A stretch of 64,000 bases of DNA from Chloroflexota bacterium (lineage in GTDB: Bacteria > Chloroflexota > Limnocylindria > Limnocylindrales > CSP1-4): NCBI GenBank assembly GCA_021802585.1, contig JAJZRQ010000001.1, positions 11,234 through 75,233 of the forward strand. The letters are read 5' to 3'. Shown piece after piece: positions 61,019-64,000 of the stretch. The notes below the pieces were generated by a model, which made no database searches, was not told the origin of the DNA, and worked only from the letters and a program-made list of their open reading frames with translations. Position numbers and translations under genes: made by a program. Within the stretch, counting starts at the first letter, position 1. Each line of letters starts with the position of its first letter.

Positions 61019-61290
61019 GGGATCAGCTCCGGGCTGCGAGGGGCGCGGGGCGGCTGCCCCGCGGGGATGACGGCATGTCGGCGCAAGGGTGCCACGACGA
61101 CCCGCGTCCCGCGGAGGGCCGACCCGCCCCGATCCGGGGGCCGGGTGGCGGCGCTTGCGGGGCCGGTGGCACGGCGGGGCGGGGACGGGGTTCGCCCAGG
61201 CCGGCCTCGGCCGCGACGCGCTCCTCGCGATCCCGCGGCCCGGCGCCCCGGCGACGAGCTCTCGCCGGCGGGCAGGCCTAGACTCCGCTC

Positions 61291-62229
61291 ATGAACGAGA
61301 TCAGGCTCGGCGCCCTCTGCTGGAACCAGTACACCGATTGGCCGTCGCTCCTCGCGGCCGGCGTCCGGGCCGACCGGCTCGGCTATCACTCGCTCTGGAC
61401 CTGGGATCACGTCTATCCCATCGTCGGCGACGCGCGCGGCCCGAACTACGAGGGCTGGCTCACGCTCGCCGCCTGGGCCCAGGCGACAAAGCAGGTCCGG
61501 ATCGGGCTGATGGTCGGGGCGAACACGTTCCGCAACCCGGCCCTCGTGGCCAAGATGGCGACGACGCTCGACCACATCAGCAACGGGCGCGCCATCCTGG
61601 GCATCGGCGGGGCGTGGTTCGAGGAGGAGCACGAGGCGTTCGGCATCGAGTTCGGCTCGGGCTTCCCGGAACGGCTCCGCTGGCTCGGCGAGGCGCTCCC
61701 GGTCATGCGCGGGATGCTCGACGGGACCGAGCCGACGGCGGCCGGCCCCCACTACTCGTCCCGGCGCACGCGGAACCTCCCGCCCCCGGTCCAGGCCCAC
61801 CTCCCGATCTGCATCGGTGGGAGCGGCGAGCAGGTCACGCTGAAGCTCGTGGCGAAGTACGCCGACATGAACAACGTCGGCGGCGGGTTCGAGACGGTGA
61901 AGCGGAAGGAGGCGATCCTCCTCCAGCACTGCGCCGCCGTCGGACGCGACCCGGCCGAGATCGAGCGGACGACGGGGGTCGGGACGGTCTTCATCCGCGA
62001 TGACCGGGCGGAGGCGGAGCGGCTCTTCCACGCCGCCTTCGAGCGGAACCGCGTGGCGGGCCACTGGGAAGACCAGCCGGTCGGGACGCCGGAGGACGTC
62101 GCGGAGAAGCTCGCGCCGTACCTCGAACTCGGGTACCGCCACCTCATCGCCGGGGTGCCGGCCGACTATGACGAGGAATCGATGTCCCGGCTCGTGACCG
62201 AGGTGAAGCCGCTCCTCGAGCGGGGCTGA
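61291..62229 (+). CDS. LLM class flavin-dependent oxidoreductase
   Basis: LWTWDH, FRNPALVAKMATTLDHISNGRAILGIGGAW, ICIGGSGE. Confidence 0.9.
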   Translation: MNEIRLGALCWNQYTDWPSLLAAGVRADRLGYHSLWTWDHVYPIVGDARGPNYEGWLTLAAWAQATKQVRIGLMVGANTFRNPALVAKMATTLDHISNGRAILGIGGAWFEEEHEAFGIEFGSGFPERLRWLGEALPVMRGMLDGTEPTAAGPHYSSRRTRNLPPPVQAHLPICIGGSGEQVTLKLVAKYADMNNVGGGFETVKRKEAILLQHCAAVGRDPAEIERTTGVGTVFIRDDRAEAERLFHAAFERNRVAGHWEDQPVGTPEDVAEKLAPYLELGYRHLIAGVPADYDEESMSRLVTEVKPLLERG

Positions 62230-62289
62230 ACCCGGGTCGCGTCCGCGGGCCCGCTGCGGAGCGCGCGCCGGGGACGCGCGGCGCGCCGG

Positions 62290-62925
62290 TCAGGCCGGGG
62301 TCGCGGAGGCAGCGCCGGCGGCCGCGCGCCGGCGGGCGCGGTGGCGGGCGGCCTTCGCCCGGTTCCCGCAGCTCGCCATGCTGCACCAGCGCCGGCGCCC
62401 CGTCCGCGAGGTGTCCTCGAAGACCCACCGGCAGCCGTCGTTCGCGCAGATCCGGAGGCGCTCGGTGGCGCCGCCCGCGACGAGGGCGACGAGCGGCTCG
62501 GCGACCGCGGCGAGCGCGTCGTCGAGGGGGTCCCCGGTGTGGCGGTGGCCGAGGGCGACGCCGCCCTCGCCCGGCACGAGCTCGACGACGCTCCGGGCGC
62601 GGAGGACCCCGTTCACCGTCGCGAGGGCCCGCGCCTCGACGGGCCGGTCGGCGACGAGCGCTTCGGCGACCTCGCGGAGCGCGGCCCGGACGGCGACGAC
62701 GTGGGCGAGGAGCGTCACCGCCCGCGCCGGAGCGGAGGCGTCGATCGGCCGGCGCTTCGTCGGGTGGAGGAGGCCGCGCTCCTCGAGCCAGGCCGTCGCG
62801 TCCGGGAGCGCGGCGAGGTGCTCGACGGGGCGGCCGGAGCCGTCGAGCTCCGCTGTGTTCAGGAAGTCGAGCGTGTCCTCGAGCGCCGCCGCATGGCGAT
62901 GCGCGGGGTGGGTGAGCGTCGTCAT
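62290..62925 (-). CDS. ABATE/CGNR zinc-finger protein (putative regulator)
   Basis: LDFLNT, RLRICANDGCRWVFEDTSRTGRRRWCSMASCGNRAKAARHR. Confidence 0.92.
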   Translation of the reverse strand: MTTLTHPAHRHAAALEDTLDFLNTAELDGSGRPVEHLAALPDATAWLEERGLLHPTKRRPIDASAPARAVTLLAHVVAVRAALREVAEALVADRPVEARALATVNGVLRARSVVELVPGEGGVALGHRHTGDPLDDALAAVAEPLVALVAGGATERLRICANDGCRWVFEDTSRTGRRRWCSMASCGNRAKAARHRARRRAAAGAASATPA

Positions 62926-62928
62926 CGA

Positions 62929-63004
62929 TAACCACTGTAGGGGCTTGACGGGTTACGCGCAAGAGGCTACGATTCGTAACCAGTCGAGGCGCCCGCACAG
63001 GTTA
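62929..63004. promoter_or_regulatory. divergent promoters with two TAACC-N17/18-GGTTA inverted repeats
   Basis: TAACC 62929 / GGTTA 62951 and TAACC 62977 / GGTTA 63000; plus TTGACG-17-TACGAT; minus TTGCGC-17-TACAGT. Confidence 0.7.
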
Positions 63005-63037
63005 GCACCTCGGCGCCGCCACCGGGGGGAACGCTCG

Positions 63038-63157
63038 ATGATCATCGCCCTCGTTTCGCTCCTCGCCGTCCTCGCCGGCCTCGCCCTCCTCGGCGCCGCC
63101 GCCGCCTGCTACGGCTGCGACACCCGGGACGCCTTCACCGACGACCACCGCCGTTGA
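63038..63157 (+). CDS. small single-TM protein (39 aa)
   Basis: MIIALVSLLAVLAGLALLGAAAACYGCDTRDAFTDDHRR; GGGGGGA SD-like sequence. Confidence 0.6.
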   Translation: MIIALVSLLAVLAGLALLGAAAACYGCDTRDAFTDDHRR

Positions 63158-63177
63158 CCCGCCGGGAGGACCCACCG

Positions 63178-63432
63178 ATGTGGCAGACGCACTACGTCCT
63201 CTACCGCGCCCGGATGGACGAGCTCCGCGCGGAGGCGGACCGCGAACGACGCTGGCGCCTCCAGGACGACGAGAACGGCCGGGGGCGCCGCTCGCAGGCG
63301 CCGGGGCCGGTGCGGGCCGCGGCGGCGCGTGCCGCCGCGCGGGTCAGCCGTGCCGCCGCCCGGGTCGCCCGGCACCTCGACGGCGGCGTGGTCGTCGACC
63401 GTGGCCGGGACCCCGTCGTCCGGATGAGATAA
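63178..63432 (+). CDS. small basic hypothetical protein (84 aa)
   Basis: GGGAGG SD; MWQTHYVLYRARMDELRAEADRERRWR. Confidence 0.6.
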   Translation: MWQTHYVLYRARMDELRAEADRERRWRLQDDENGRGRRSQAPGPVRAAAARAAARVSRAAARVARHLDGGVVVDRGRDPVVRMR

Positions 63433-63604
63433 GCGGCCGGTAAGGGTCCCCCACTAGCCTTCCGCCTCGACGCCTGCCGCATCGGACGTGCCCCCGCATG
63501 CTGCAGGCGTCCGCCTCGTCCGGCGGTGACCGCCCTCCGCGCCGGACGCCGGTGTCGTCCCTGCCCGCCGCCGACCCGCCCGCACGCCCGCCGGGGAGTC
63601 GAGC

Positions 63605-64000
63605 GTGGAGAGCCCTCTTCCCTGGCGCGTCCTCGAGGACGGCGCCGACCTCGCGTTCACGGCGGACCGCGCCGTGCCTCCGGCCGTCACCCGCGCCGGC
63701 GGTGGCGGCGCGCCCGGCCCAGCCGGTCCGTCCACCGCGGCCGGCACGATCACCGGCCGGCTCACGCGTCCGGTCGTCGTCGCAGGGGTCGTGGCCGCGG
63801 CCGCGGCCGCGATCGCCGGCCTCGCCCTCGCGACATGGATTGCCGGATCCGCGTCGACGATCGTCGTCGACGCCGTGGCCGCGCCCGCGACCGACGGGCG
63901 CTCCGCGGGCCTGGTCGCGGCCGGCCCGCCCGGTGCCGGCGGTGCCGGAGCCACGACCGCGACCAGGATCGTCGTCGACGTCGCCGGCGCGGTCCGGAAC
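63605..64000 (+). CDS. comEA: ComEA-like DNA-uptake protein, 5' part only
   Basis: Manual translation: PWRVLE, TM helix, linker, then IVVDVAGAVRN (start of SLBB domain) at the window edge. Confidence 0.7.
   Translation, partial: MESPLPWRVLEDGADLAFTADRAVPPAVTRAGGGGAPGPAGPSTAAGTITGRLTRPVVVAGVVAAAAAAIAGLALATWIAGSASTIVVDAVAAPATDGRSAGLVAAGPPGAGGAGATTATRIVVDVAGAVRN

Overview
Very GC-rich bacterial chromosomal window, inferred to be Chloroflexota-like from a DUF5679 gene, GAAC-N4-GTTC LexA boxes and hrcA-grpE-dnaK with CIRCE. Core content: a fragmented lepA-hemW-hrcA-grpE-dnaK...dnaJ-prmA...mtaB chaperone cluster, rpsT with a long histone-like tail, gap-pgk-eno, leuS, two tRNA-Ala genes and the start of comEA. 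Most notable: a fluoride (crcB-class) riboswitch with its own promoter and overlapping terminator controlling an operon of two MutS-ATPase-only proteins, a frameshifted small protein and a NUDIX hydrolase, just downstream of enolase. Also present: a split LexA-controlled imuA-imuB-(ImuB C-terminal piece)/dnaE2 cassette, an integrase-less 2.5-kb islet bounded by a 22-bp duplication of the tRNA-Ala(CGC) 3' end, a large surface lamin-tail/multi-OB-fold protein, several readable operator pairs, and many apparently leaderless genes. Most long ORFs in the supplied track are antisense or out-of-frame shadows of real genes. All calls are by eye; no database searches were run.
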